Origin: Phaeosaccion multiseriatum
Lineage: Eukaryota; Protista; Ochrophyta, other classes
DNA: 64,000 nucleotides
Direction: 5' to 3'
Assembly (NCBI GenBank): GCA_965112735.1
Contig: OZ218953.1
Location: 2,480,001 to 2,544,000, forward strand
Made by a program: the position numbers and the translations under genes. Every line of letters starts with the position of its first letter. Positions within the stretch are counted from its first letter, which is position 1. Shown here piece by piece: positions 46,801-58,600 of this stretch. The notes below the pieces were generated by a model, which searched no databases, was not told the origin of the DNA, and saw only the letters and a program-made list of their open reading frames with translations.

Positions 46801-47171
46801 TCGAGCCATGACCACATCCACATAGTGCTTAGTCCTGGCGACCACCACCCCTTCCACCGTGGCGGGGCTCAGCGTCCCGTCTGGAGCGATGGGATTCTCC
46901 CGCCCCGGCGTGACCGTCAGTACATCTCCGATGGTGAAGCGGTGGAAGGGCAGGGGTGGCCGCTTCACCACGTCCATCCCCGTCCAGCCTACTTTGTCTG
47001 TGCCAGTGCCATTGTCCCTGCCAAAGCCACCACCACCAGTCCTCCTGTCACTGGGGCGACGTAGAATGGGCAGGCTGAAGCGCACCACGTGCTCCTTGAA
47101 GAGCCTGCCCCTTGTGGTGGCCACCATGCCGAACAACGCGTACCCGCTGTCGCTGAGGGGGTGGGGAAGAG

Positions 47172-47230
<59 letters not shown>

Positions 47231-48646
47231 GTACACATCCCGTCCAGACAACCAGATGGGAGTGAGTGGGGGGGGGGGCGGGGAGAGAAGGGAAGGGAAG
47301 GGGTCAGAGGGACGCCTCAACCTCCGCCAGCCGAGTTTGTCGTCGATGATGATCCCTTCCCCGCCTGCCTTGCCCTCTCTCTCACGCAAAGCACCACACC
47401 GTACACAGTAGCTTGCTTACCACAGGCGGTTGGGGAACCAACTGCACACCCTTTCGGCGATGACGTCCTTCTCGTGCCGGAACTCGAGGCCCACGAGTTC
47501 GGAGAATGTGTTGCTGTAGTACGCCAGAGACGCGTAGGCGGTACTGCGGCGCTTCCCTCGGCTGCGGGAGGGAGGCAGGAAAGGAGAGATGATGGGCAGG
47601 GTTGTGGGGTGTCAGGTGTCGGGTGTGAGGTGTGAGGTATGAGGTGTCAGGAGTCATGCGTCGGGTACTAAAAGCGCCGGGTGTCAGTTGTAAGTTGTGA
47701 GAGGTGTGAAGTGTGAGGTGTCAGAGAGTCAGAGGAGTCAGGTGGGGGCAGCTCAGACGCCCCTTGGAAGGAACAGAAGATTTGGTGGGCCCCCCACTGA
47801 GAACACACACACACGTACACTATCTGCTGGTCTCACAACGAAGGTGCCGCACCGCCCGATTCTCACCTGCGTGTACCTCCTCTCCCTTCGTCGCCTTCGC
47901 CGGAGTAGGCCGCGGTGAGCTTCCACCCTCCCCCTCCCCCTCCCCTTGCCCCTCTTCTTGCTCATGTCCTTCGGCTTTCTAATCTTGATGCTGGTGCTGC
48001 TGCTTGTGTTGTCATCCGCAGTGGTAACCCCCACCACAGTTTGGTACTCCAGCAAGGCCAAGTTAACGCGCTTGTGACTCCAAATCTGGACTCCGTCTCC
48101 AATCAGACACGTGAGCGTAGAGCTCGATAGACGGAAGTTGGAGCTTCCGCCCGCCGCAGCAATCTGCCCAGTAGTGACAGGCCCTTCCTGATGGTACTTC
48201 CTCGCCGCGAACTTGGTGGCCGCCTTCCCCTTTCCCGCCGACGCGGTGGCTGCCCCGGCACCACTCCTCCAAAAGCCCATCGTGGCCGCGGAAGACTTCC
48301 TTTTCTTCTTCTTCCTAAGCAGCGTGCGCTCCGAGACTCTGCTGTCTCGCCCCATGCCATTGCCCTGTCCCCCCCTTGCCCTCTGTACCTGAAGCGGGCC
48401 CACGCTGCTCCTTCGTGCAGTTCTGACAAGCGGGCTGGGGCCGATTAACGCCTCGACATCGTTGCCATACTGGTGCAAGACCAAGCCGAGTGCGAGGGGA
48501 AGAACGAGGAGAAGGGGGGTGGTGCTGCCGTGGGAGAGAGAGGGAGACGGCCGGCACGTTTCCCTCCGCGCTGCCTTCGCTGGTGCCCTCCGTCGCTTCG
48601 TCCCTCGCAATGGTGGCTCCGCAGCGGGAACCAAGCTCATCCCCAT
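43802..48646 (-). CDS. Upf1/IGHMBP2 (DNA2/NAM7)-like superfamily 1B helicase
   Basis: Exons approximately 48646-47877, 47561-47421, 47152-46198, 45891-45055, 44788-43802. Motifs LNERQALAV, LLQGPPGTGKT, CAFSNVATDNL, IDEASQATEP, LVGDHKQLPP, QYRMHPLI, GIITPYSGQV, SVDGYQGREKE, RRLNVAVTRAK. The first exon boundary and start codon are uncertain. Confidence 0.88.
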
Positions 48647-49299
48647 CTCTCCCTCCGTCAGAGCTCGCCTGCCTCTCCCACTGCAGCTACCACTTCACCA
48701 TCTCCACGACGAAAGAGGGGTGAGGAAATGTAATGTTCCCGTGGGGTGGTAGCGCGGGAACAAAGATCAGCAGACAACAGAGGGAGGGGGTAAGCGCGAG
48801 GCGAGGCGAGACGAGGGCAGCATAATACTGAGACCGTGACCAGCGACGAAGGCAGAGAGAGAACAACAAGTCCGGAGAAAGGTTGGTATAGTAACGAGAC
48901 GATGACGCGAGGGAGAGAGAAAAAAAAACGTCGCCGCAGCGAACAAGGCCGGTTCTCCCAACACCAGCCCTTCTTGCCCACGTCCTTCCCCACCTTGTGC
49001 TGCCACGTTTTTTGTTTGCTTTCTCTTTCCTCTCTTTCAACAGCTCAACTGCTTTTTTCAAGGTGAGTCGATGTGACCTGGAAAATAAAAAAGAGCTCCT
49101 CGATTCGCACCCCCCGGGGGTATAAAAATCGGGCCCGACGTGACTCTCATTACGAGAGCTCTGTGTAGCTCTGTGTTTTGCCCCTGCCACATGACCGCAG
49201 GCCTGCCTTCGGCCTGGACGCTGCGTACTGCTGCGCTGAATCAGGCGGACGAGAGCTGGGACGGTTTGTTTCGCTTCTGTCCACTTTGAGAAGGAGGTG

Positions 49300-50705
49300 A
49301 TGAGCCAAATTAGTTACACCTCTCGCAAGCGGAAGCGCTCGGTGTTTTCGTCTCTCTTTGGCTCGCGAGGCAGCCATGGGGCCCCTAGCGTTGCTGCTAC
49401 TGCTGGTGGGGACGGGGGCGGGGAGAAGCACTTTGAGAACTTAGGGTCCCTTGGAGGGGCGGGCAGGGGAGATGCAGCGATCGGAGCTGCAGGGGCAGGC
49501 TACGGCAACACAGGGGCGGGCGAGCGAAGTGGGCACCTGCAAGGGCAAGGGACGTTGAAGGACAACAAGAAGAAGAATAAGAAGACGAAGAAGAAAAAGA
49601 AGGCATGGGGGCTTATATCAGGCCTCCGGTCCATGTTCAACAGCTGCGATGGCGAGGCGTCGCCTGCAGGTGGTGCGACGGAGAGCCATCAGGGCAACAT
49701 GAAGGGCGGTAGCGTGGTGGGAGTGGGGGGGAGAAGTAAAGTAGGATCGAGCAGGCGGGTGGTCATGTCAAATTCTGCGCGGTCCTCGACCGGGGCTTCC
49801 GTGGGTAGTGGGGGCAACGGCTTCGGGTTTGGGGAGGCATTTGGTTCTGTGTATGGACACGGGGGCGATGAGGACAGCGATGTGTACATGGAGGTGGAGA
49901 GCGACACTGCCGAGACGCCTGATACTGCCGCGCCAGCTTCTGCTGGAGACGGCACGGACGAGTACGAGGATGGCGGCGATGGTGACTACATGGATGATGC
50001 CTTTCGATTCGACCGCCTCGAGAAGGTGGACGAAGTCGCAGCGGCAGCGGCTGCTGTTCCTGGTCATGATCTTCGTGGTGGTGGTGATGATGATGGTAGT
50101 TGTAGTGATGATTATGGCGGTACCGGGTTGCGCAGTTCCTCTTTTTTGCCCGAGTTTGCCTTCGGGTGCGGCCCACGCGGCTTTCGACCACAAAGCGCGT
50201 ATGATGAAGGATGTACCCCACCTGCCAAGTCCTACCTATCGATCCCGATCCGTTCAGAGGCCACAGGCAGTGGGAATGCTCCTAACGTGGAAGAGTCCGG
50301 CGGTCTCTACCACACACCGGGTGGAAATACGCGACGACACCCAGCCAGCGAGCCCCCCCTGGTCGATGAAGGGGTGGAAGACAGGCAAGGTAGTGGAATG
50401 GTGGAAGACAGGCAAGGTAGTGGAGACATTCCCAAGATGGAAGAGTTCGGCAGTCTGTATCGCACCCCGGTTGGAAGTACGCGCCGAAGGCGGTCGAGTA
50501 AGGCCCTGCTCGGTGAAGTGGGAGCCGGCAAATTGGAGTACGACGGGGAGGAGGGAGAGCAAGAGACCGGGGGGGGGGGGGAGGGCGAAGGACGGGGAGA
50601 GGGCACGGGTACGAGGGAGAAGGCGGAGGAGGAGAAGAGGAGGACATCCGACGTCCCTGTTTATAAGTGGGAGGCGTGCAAAACTGCAATCAACAGCAAG
50701 GAGGA

Positions 50706-50736
<31 letters not shown>

Positions 50737-51471
50737 TCAGAGCCAGAGCCGGAGCAGCGACCGCGACTCGGCAGGAAAACAAGCGATTTGATCGCGTTTT
50801 TCCAAAAGCAGCAGGACCAGGGGCCTAAGGAATCGTCCGCACGGCAGCAAGAGCAGCAGGACCAGCGGCAGCGAGAAAGAGAGGAGAGACAGAAGAAGCG
50901 TGCGGAAGAAGAAGCCAGGGTCGAGTTGGCGGCCAGACAGAAGGAAGAGGAGCTGCGGCGGCGAGCCACCGATATCTTCCAAGTGTTGAGCCAGAGCCAA
51001 CAACATACGCAGCAGGAGGCGCAGCAGCAGCAGCAGCAGCAGCAGCAGCTTGAGGAGGAGGAGGAGCCGGAGGAGGAGGAGGAGGAGGAGGAGGAGGAGG
51101 AGGAGGAGGAGGAGGACGTAAGCGGGGGAGAGGAAGTGAAGGAGGAGAACGAGGGGCGGAGATCTTCCCAGCCGCCTCAACCTCGCCGAGGCTCCATCGA
51201 CATTGCCAGCGTGTACGGGAGCAGAAGCAGAAGGGGGCAGGCAAGCCCCTACAACGGCGATGGTGGTGATGATGTTGCCAGCGACGACGAGAGCAGCGAC
51301 GAAGAGATGACATTCGCGCGGCCCACGGACGGTGGGCGAGCGTCTGCATTTGCGTCTTCGTCTCGTCCCCGCCCCACCCCGGCAGCGGCAGCTGCTCAGT
51401 CCCAGAGGGATAGCGCGAGGATGAGCCACCTGCTCCGAATGAACCAAATCAGACGAGGTAACTTCAGGTGA
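49300..51471 (+). CDS. Hypothetical low-complexity protein (~723 aa)
   Basis: Long uninterrupted ORF with protein-like composition, poly-Q/E tracts and a charged coiled-coil segment; divergent from the helicase gene. No domain recognised. Confidence 0.6.
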
Positions 51472-52109
51472 CGAGGAGGAGTAGTCCAGGAGGAAGGAGA
51501 GGCGGCCGTCATCAACGCTTTGTTGGTTGGTGCTTGGGTTGGTTTGTTGGTTGGTTGTACAGTTATAGTGCAGTTATTGGAAGGAGCGCAAGGGAAGGTG
51601 CGCATGGAGGGCTGTTTTGAGGAAGCTCAGAAGGGGAGTCGCTTTTCGATTTATCACCCGCCCGTTTTGTTGTTTTTTTTGTTTTAAAAATTAAAAGCAA
51701 GTCAAACGACAAGTACCAGCCCCTAATGGGGGGAAACAAGGCAGCACTTTCACACGAGAGGCAATCTTCTTGTCACCAAAACGAAGTCAGAAAATAATTA
51801 CTCGCTCATTCAGCGGTGAAGGCGACCCCGTCGCTCCTCCTCCGCTCTCCTCCTCCTGTCTAGCTCGGCAGCAGCATCGGCAGCAGCAGCAGCAGCCAGT
51901 CGCCTCACGCGTCGGCGCCACTTCCGCAGTCTCTTGCTCAGCTTCGCACGCGATCGCCTCAACCGCCGGCCCACCCCTCTCCACCGCCGCTTCACACCAC
52001 CCATCACTCCCCACCTCCACGGGGAGAGGGCGGAGCGCACCATGGACAGCTTCTCCGAAAGGAGTTCCCGACGCTCATCGCGTAAGTCCGCTGCTGCTGC
52101 CGCAGCCAG

Positions 52110-52653
52110 TCAGCTGCTATTGTCGCTGCTCACAAGCTCCGCCACCTCCCTCAGCCGGTCTACAAAGTCCGCCTTCTCCACGCAGCCAACGCATTCGTAC
52201 TCGAGGTCAAGCAACAGCTTGCGCATCTCCTTCACGCGCATCGAGCCGAGCTTGTCAGCAGAGGCGCCGCTGATCTCCTTCAGCGCTTCCCTCGCGCTCT
52301 TACTCGCGTCGCGCTTCTCCCGCTTTAGCTCTCTGCACTTGGAGCCGCTCTCGAAGGATTTGATAAACTCGTCCATTGGCTTGCTCTTGTACTCGCCATC
52401 GTAGACCGCTGTCACTGTTTCGTCCCCTGTAGAATCAAAATGAAGAAACGGACGACGAGGGAGGAGGAAGAGAGCGGGAGATGAGCCTTTGCTGTCGAGG
52501 CATCAATGTAAGCCTCCCAGCCTGCCTGTCTGTCTGTGTATCTACCTCCCAGCCTGTCTGTCTGCCAGCCTGTATGTGTATCGGCCTCTCTGCCTGCCTG
52601 CATCTCTGCCTGCCTGCCTGCCTGCCTGCCTCTCTGCCTGCCTGCCTGCCTCT

Positions 52654-52684
<31 letters not shown>

Positions 52685-53024
52685 TCTGCCTGCCTCTCTG
52701 CCTGCCTCTCTGCCTGCCTCTCTGCCTGCCTGCATCTCTGCCTGCCTGCCTGCCTGCCTACCAAGGAATAAAGAACTCCAGCCTCCACGCACCTGCACAG
52801 AAGACGACGAAGGAAGGGTACGTGGATACGTGATACCTCCTCGCCAGAGCGTCGTTCCCTCCGCGTACCTCACCCAGGGCCACCTTGCCGCGGTACCTAT
52901 ACCCGAGCGACTTCATTAAAGGGCTTGTGTCGAACTTTGCAGTGAAGAGCACTGCTGATACACCCCACTTGGCCTTACTCTTCTTGCCCGCCTGCTTCAG
53001 CAAGTCATCCATCTACAGCCGCAG

Positions 53025-53064
<40 letters not shown>

Positions 53065-55108
53065 AGAGGAGGAGGAGGAGAAACAGACAAAGAGGAAGGA
53101 TGAGATGAGGAGGAGGAGGAGAAACAGACAAAGAGGAAGGATGAGATGAGGAGGAGGAGGTGAGAGCGGCACGTCAGGCCCACCGCCCGCTCAGGGAAGG
53201 ATTCATGCGCAAGTCCTCCTCCCGCCCACCACACATTCCCGTGTAGCTGTCTACGATGCAATCCTTACAAAGCACACCACCACCACCACCACCTCCACCA
53301 CCACCTCCTCCACCACCACCACCACCACCTCCTCCTCCTCCTCCTCCTCCTCCTCCTCCTCCTCCTCCTCCTCCTCCTCCTCCTCCACCTCCACCACCAC
53401 CACCACCACCACCACCCCATCGGATGTGCCCCTACCTGCTCTACTCTCCGGACGTTGCTGATATACTCGTCTGGCAGGTTCTCTTGCGCAAAGTCTGCCA
53501 GCGCCTTGGCAGAGCGAGTACCTGCAAAGGTGGTGTGCTTGCCATCCACCACCACGACGATGGTTGGGTAGGACCCCACTCCGAACTGCTGGCAGAGGCC
53601 GCCCTCTGCGGCGCAGTTCACGGCTCCGACCTGCACCGTTCCGGCGAGGCCCTCCGCGATCTGCTCGTACTTGGACACAAACTGCGGATACAGATACATC
53701 AAATTTAGCGAGTGCCGATTAAGCGTGGCAGCAGACAGATGCATGAAAGGAATACTCTCAGAAGGCATGACGCTGGTTAGCCTGTCTCTCTTACCTCTCT
53801 ACAATGCCCACATCCGGGTGAGTAAAACTCCACCAGCCACACATTGTTGGAACCCTTTTTCGGGAATTTCTGCGCCGTGAGCTTCTTTACCGGGCTTCTC
53901 TTCCCGTAGAGATCTTCCGCGGGCGGCTGCTGCCCCCCCATGCCCCCCATGCCTCCGTCAAAGTTGAAGCTCCCTCCTCCTCCTCCTCCTCCTCCTCCCC
54001 CTCCTCCTCCGCCGAAGAACTCGTTGAAGAGGTCGAAAGGGTCCCGACCGCGGAACTGGAAACCTGGCAAGGAGGGCAACGATAAGAGAGAGGGTGGGGG
54101 AGGGAGAGAGAGAGAAAAAGATAGAGAACGCGCGCGTGAGTAAGTCAGTGAGTGAGCGAGTAAATGATTGACTGTGGTAAGAAGAGTGAGCGCGATACCA
54201 AGGCGGGAAGTGTGTGATCCTTTTTCGGGAGCGGAGCGAGTGCGTGCATTGGAAACAAGTGGACCGGGGCTGCTCACATACACACACAAGCAAGAGCACT
54301 TGCTCAACACAAAGGAAACAAAACTCACCTCCTCCATGCCCTCCTCCGAAGGGGTTTCCACCTCCTCCGAAGGGGTTACCTCCCCCTCCCCCTCCTCCGA
54401 AAGGGTTGCCTCCCTGTGGCCCTCCCTGCTGCGCCCCCCCAGCCCCCGCTTTGAGCCCCTCCTCTCCGAATTGGTCGTACACTGCGCGTGTCTCTGCGTC
54501 GCTAAGCACCTCGTACGCCTCTGCGATCTCCGCAAACTGTCGTGTGCGTCGTGTCCAAAGCAGAGCAAAACAACACGCGAGTGAGCTGATTCGTTGATTG
54601 CGGAGGGGCGGTGAAGTATAATTTCAGCAGCACACGTGAACTTGAAGAACCCTCTGCGTCCCCTTTAGAAAGACCCTAGACCTGGCTTGGGAAACACCAC
54701 CACCACGACCACGACCACCTCAACCGTACCTTATCCTCTGCCCATTCGCGCTTGTCCGGGTTCTTGTCTGGAGACGCAACAGCAAGGCGACAAGGGCATG
54801 ACAGAGAGAAGAGTAAACAAACATGCCCATGGCCACCAGAAGTGGTACACGGCCAGCAGCAAGCCGTGACCTGCCCCGCCACCTCTTCCCATCCTCCTGT
54901 CCTCACCTGGATGGTATTTGAGCGCCATCTTTCGGTAGGCCTTCTTCAGCTCCTTGTCACTCGCCTTCTTCTTGACACCGAGAATCTTGTAAAAGTTTCT
55001 GTTGGCGGCCACCACTGCCCCGACAAGCAACATAAGCACCCCCGCGATAAGCAGAAAATGGGGGCTGGCGAGGGCGGAGCGGCGGCATGGTCGTCGTCGC
55101 GGATGTTG

Positions 55109-55142
<34 letters not shown>

Positions 55143-55225
55143 TCCTCCTCCTGCTGCTGCGGACACCTCGCGCTCATCCGCTCTCGGGTGCGTTTCCTCC
55201 CCCCAGACGACCCCGTGGTGTTCAT
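52110..55225 (-). CDS. Secretory-pathway DnaJ (Hsp40) protein with thioredoxin folds and a C-terminal ARMET/MANF-like SAP domain
   Basis: Exons 55225-54907, 54767-54730, ~54536-54328, ~54063-53792, ~53681-53436, 53012-52792, ~52426-52110. Hydrophobic signal [18 protein letters not shown]; J-domain NFYKILGV...LKYHPDKNP...[13 protein letters not shown]; G/F-rich region; thioredoxin [13 protein letters not shown]; a second Trx-like fold; then [30 protein letters not shown]. Confidence 0.88.
52520..52760. repeat. (CCTG)n-type tetranucleotide repeat in intron
   Basis: Interrupted TGCC/TCTC tandem array in the last intron of the DnaJ gene. Confidence 0.9.
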
Positions 55226-55699
55226 CTTTGCCTTTGGGTTCGAGAGGGCTCCTCGTTCTGGCTGTGGGTTGATTCCTTTCGGGTGGGGTGGGGAAGAGAG
55301 AAAAGCAGGGCGGCGGGCGGGGGTGAGTAAGAGCAACTTGGTGAGAGACCGCGCACGGTTGCATTCGCAGGGAGCGCAAGGTATTCTTCGCAGGGTGGAT
55401 AGCTCCTCACAAAGTACGTAGAGGCAGGGAGCCCAGTGAGACCCGATCCCAGGTTATAAAAGACACGTTCTTCGCACTTGTTCTCCGCGTCTTTGCCCGA
55501 TCTGCCTCACCTTCTCTGTCTCTTCTATGTTTTTCTCTCTTTCTCTCCCTCTCCTCTCTCTCGTGTTCCGTCGCGTGACAACTTGTGTAGATGTACACGC
55601 GGCAATTTTTCGAGAACGGTCTCCGTAAGTCAACGGAGCATGCCGTTACACCTTTTTTCCCCTCCTTCCCTCCTCCAAAGACGCGCGAATCGGGAGCTG

Positions 55700-58600
55700 A
55701 TGGAGGTGGCGAGCCAAGGCCCAGGCGTTGTGGAGCTCGTCCAAAGGGGAGATGATCCCGCGTTCGCGTCTGGCAGCTCTTTGCCCAGGGCAGCGTTCTC
55801 TGCTCAGATTGACGGGGGCCGGCAGACGAATAGATTGTCGCTTTTGCCTCCTCTGCAAAGGCCAGGAGGAGACGGGCCCTCCGCGCAAAGCCCTAGCGCC
55901 AGCAGCATCAATAGTAGAAAGAAGAAAAAGAAGCACAGGAAAGAAAAAGGAACTGCGCTTGTCCCAGAGGTGAAGCCTCCTACTGAGAGGGATAGTGAGC
56001 ATCGTATCAAGGACGAGTTGTCAGACAAAAAAGACGAGATAGAAGACAACCAGAACAGCGCCGACCACTCTCCTCAGCTCTCGCGAAGTGATAGCAGTGT
56101 GAGTTGCAGCAGCGGTGCAAGTAGTACGGCCAGTGGGCGCAGAAGGAGGCGGTCCAGCGGCCGCAAGGATCAAAGTGGAGGCGAGAATAGCCACAGCCAC
56201 ACGACATCATCCACAGCGAAGCCAAAGAGGAAGCACCGTCTGAGTGGTCGCATAGACAAGGGCGGAAAGGAGGAGGAGAAGGGAGGCGGCATGGGGGGAG
56301 AGGGAGACAAGACGTCCCCAGGCGAGGGAGAAAGGACGCCCTTCTCGCCGTCGGCATCCAATGCCCCTACGCCTCGGGGCCTTGCCCTGGATACTGGACC
56401 ATCGCTTAAGGAAGACGATGGCATTGCTTCCGGTGGTGCGAATGACCCAGCGGTAGAGCGCGCAGTGGTGGTGGAGAGCCAAAGTGTCCCTAAGACGCTG
56501 TTGAAAAAACTGCCTGGGTCAGGGGTAGCAGCCGATGCAGCAGATGATGAGGCTTTGTCTTCAAATGTAGATGCAAGTACCCCGTCGTCGTCAGCAAAGG
56601 CGGGCCATAGAACGACGGGATTGCCGCCGCTCGATGACAGTGGGCAAGCCAGCCGAGAGGAAAAGGGAGACTCAGGAAGAGGAGGTAGCAATACTCCACG
56701 AACGCCGCTATCGTCCTTTAAGCGCTTTTTCGGCGGTGCTTACAGTGGCAGTAGTGGAAACAGTGGTGGCAGTGGTGGTACAGTGGGCAAAGTGTCTCCT
56801 GCCAGCCACAGTAGCGTTGTTCCCAGGGAGCAGCACGCGGATCAGCAGCAGGAAGACGGTGGCGGTGCTGAGGCAGCAGGGAGGGGGGAGTACTGCAATG
56901 GAGCAGAAGCAGTAGCAGCAGCAGCAATAGGAGAAGAAGGAGGGAAGGTGGCGGTAGAGACGATGGTCCCATTCTCGGCAAAGCTATCCTCGCCTAAGTG
57001 GCGAAAGAATGTGACAGAAAGCAGCCCATCGGAAGAAGGAGGAGGAGGAGGAGGAGGAGGGGGAGGAGGAGGAGGAGGAGGAGGAGGAGGAGGAGGAGGA
57101 GGAGGAGGAGGAGGAGGAGGAGGAGGAGGAGGAGGGGGAGGGCTGCAGATGGGGCGGCGCTGGATGAAGTCTCTGGCCAGAGGAAAGGTGCTTCCCGTCG
57201 GATCCCCGCCTCTCTCTCCGGGGGGCGCTGCCTCTCCTCGGCCACAAGTGGCATCAACATCAGCAGTAGTAGCAGCAGTAGCAGTAGGAGAAGGAGGAGA
57301 TGGAGTCGGTAGGGGAGAAGCAAGAGGCATAGGGGCTTCGTCGCGAACCTTAGAAGGAGTGGCAGCCGGGGACGAAAAGCAGCTGCCGGAGGTGAACTAC
57401 CGTGCCAGCGAAGCGAAAAGCATAGGAGCAGCGGCAAGTGGGAAGGACAGCAAAGAGGTGAAGGAAAGGGGGAGAGAGGAAAAGCCGGAAACTGGCGAAG
57501 AAGACGAGGATGATGACGAGGGAGAGGGAGAGGAAGAGAGGCTACAGCCAATTGCTTCACCGAGTGAGAAGCTACGAATACGACGGCTTTCGTGCGAGCC
57601 AGCACAGGTGTGGCCACAAGTATTGAATGAAGAGAGAAAGCTTGATTTGAAGAGTTGGGGCCTCGGAACGGTGCCCAACCGCAGCAGTAAAGAGAGAGAA
57701 AAAGGCGAGGAGCAGGAGGAGGAGGAGGAGGAGGAGGAGGAGGAGGAGGAGGAGGAGGAGGAGGAGGAGGAGGAGGAGGAGGAGGAGGACACGAAGGGGG
57801 AGAAGATAGAGGAGGAGAGTGAGGAGTGCAAAGATTTTGGCAAGGCGAAGGAGGCGGAAGGAAAGGAGGAGAGAGGCGGCACAGTGGAGAAAGACCGAGA
57901 CGTTGATGGACAACGCGTCGAAACCTTCTCACTGCCGCAACAAGAGGAGAAAGAAGGCAGCGGCGGCGGCGGGGGCACCAGGAAGAAGAAGAAGAAGAAG
58001 AAGAAGAAGGAGAAGGAGAAGAAGGAGAAGGAGGAGCAGGAGGAGGAGGAGGAGGAGGAGGAGGAGGAGGAGGAGGAGGAGAAGGAGGAGGAGAAGGAGG
58101 AGGAGGAGGAGGAGGAGGAGGAGGAGGAGGAGGAGGAGGAGGAGGAGGGGGAGGAGGGGGAGGAGGGGGAGGAGGGGGAGGAGGCCACAAGCGAAGGAGG
58201 AAAAGAAGGAGGAGGAGAAGAAGAACAACAACCACAAGAAGAAGAAGGAGAAGACGACGCAGTGGTATTGAGAGCGGTTCGGCAGCAGGGCAGTGTCCTC
58301 GTGCGTGTGGTGACATGGAACCTGCAGGCCAGGCCAACGGACAGCGCGAGGGAGCTCAGGAAGGAATTGCTTCCCCGGCACAAGACACACGTGCTCGTGG
58401 TGGGCACGGAGGAGTGTGAGAACTCCATTGCCAAGAGCATCTTGGTGCAGTCTAAGCGGAACTGGGAGGACTTACTGAGAGAGACCCTCGGGCCGAGGTG
58501 GGTGGGTGCGTGCGTGCGTGCGTCGTGTGGAAAGGTGGATGGATGGGTGGTTGGTGGGGAAGGGGGGGGGTAGGCGTTGGTGAGTGGGTTGTGGAGTAGA

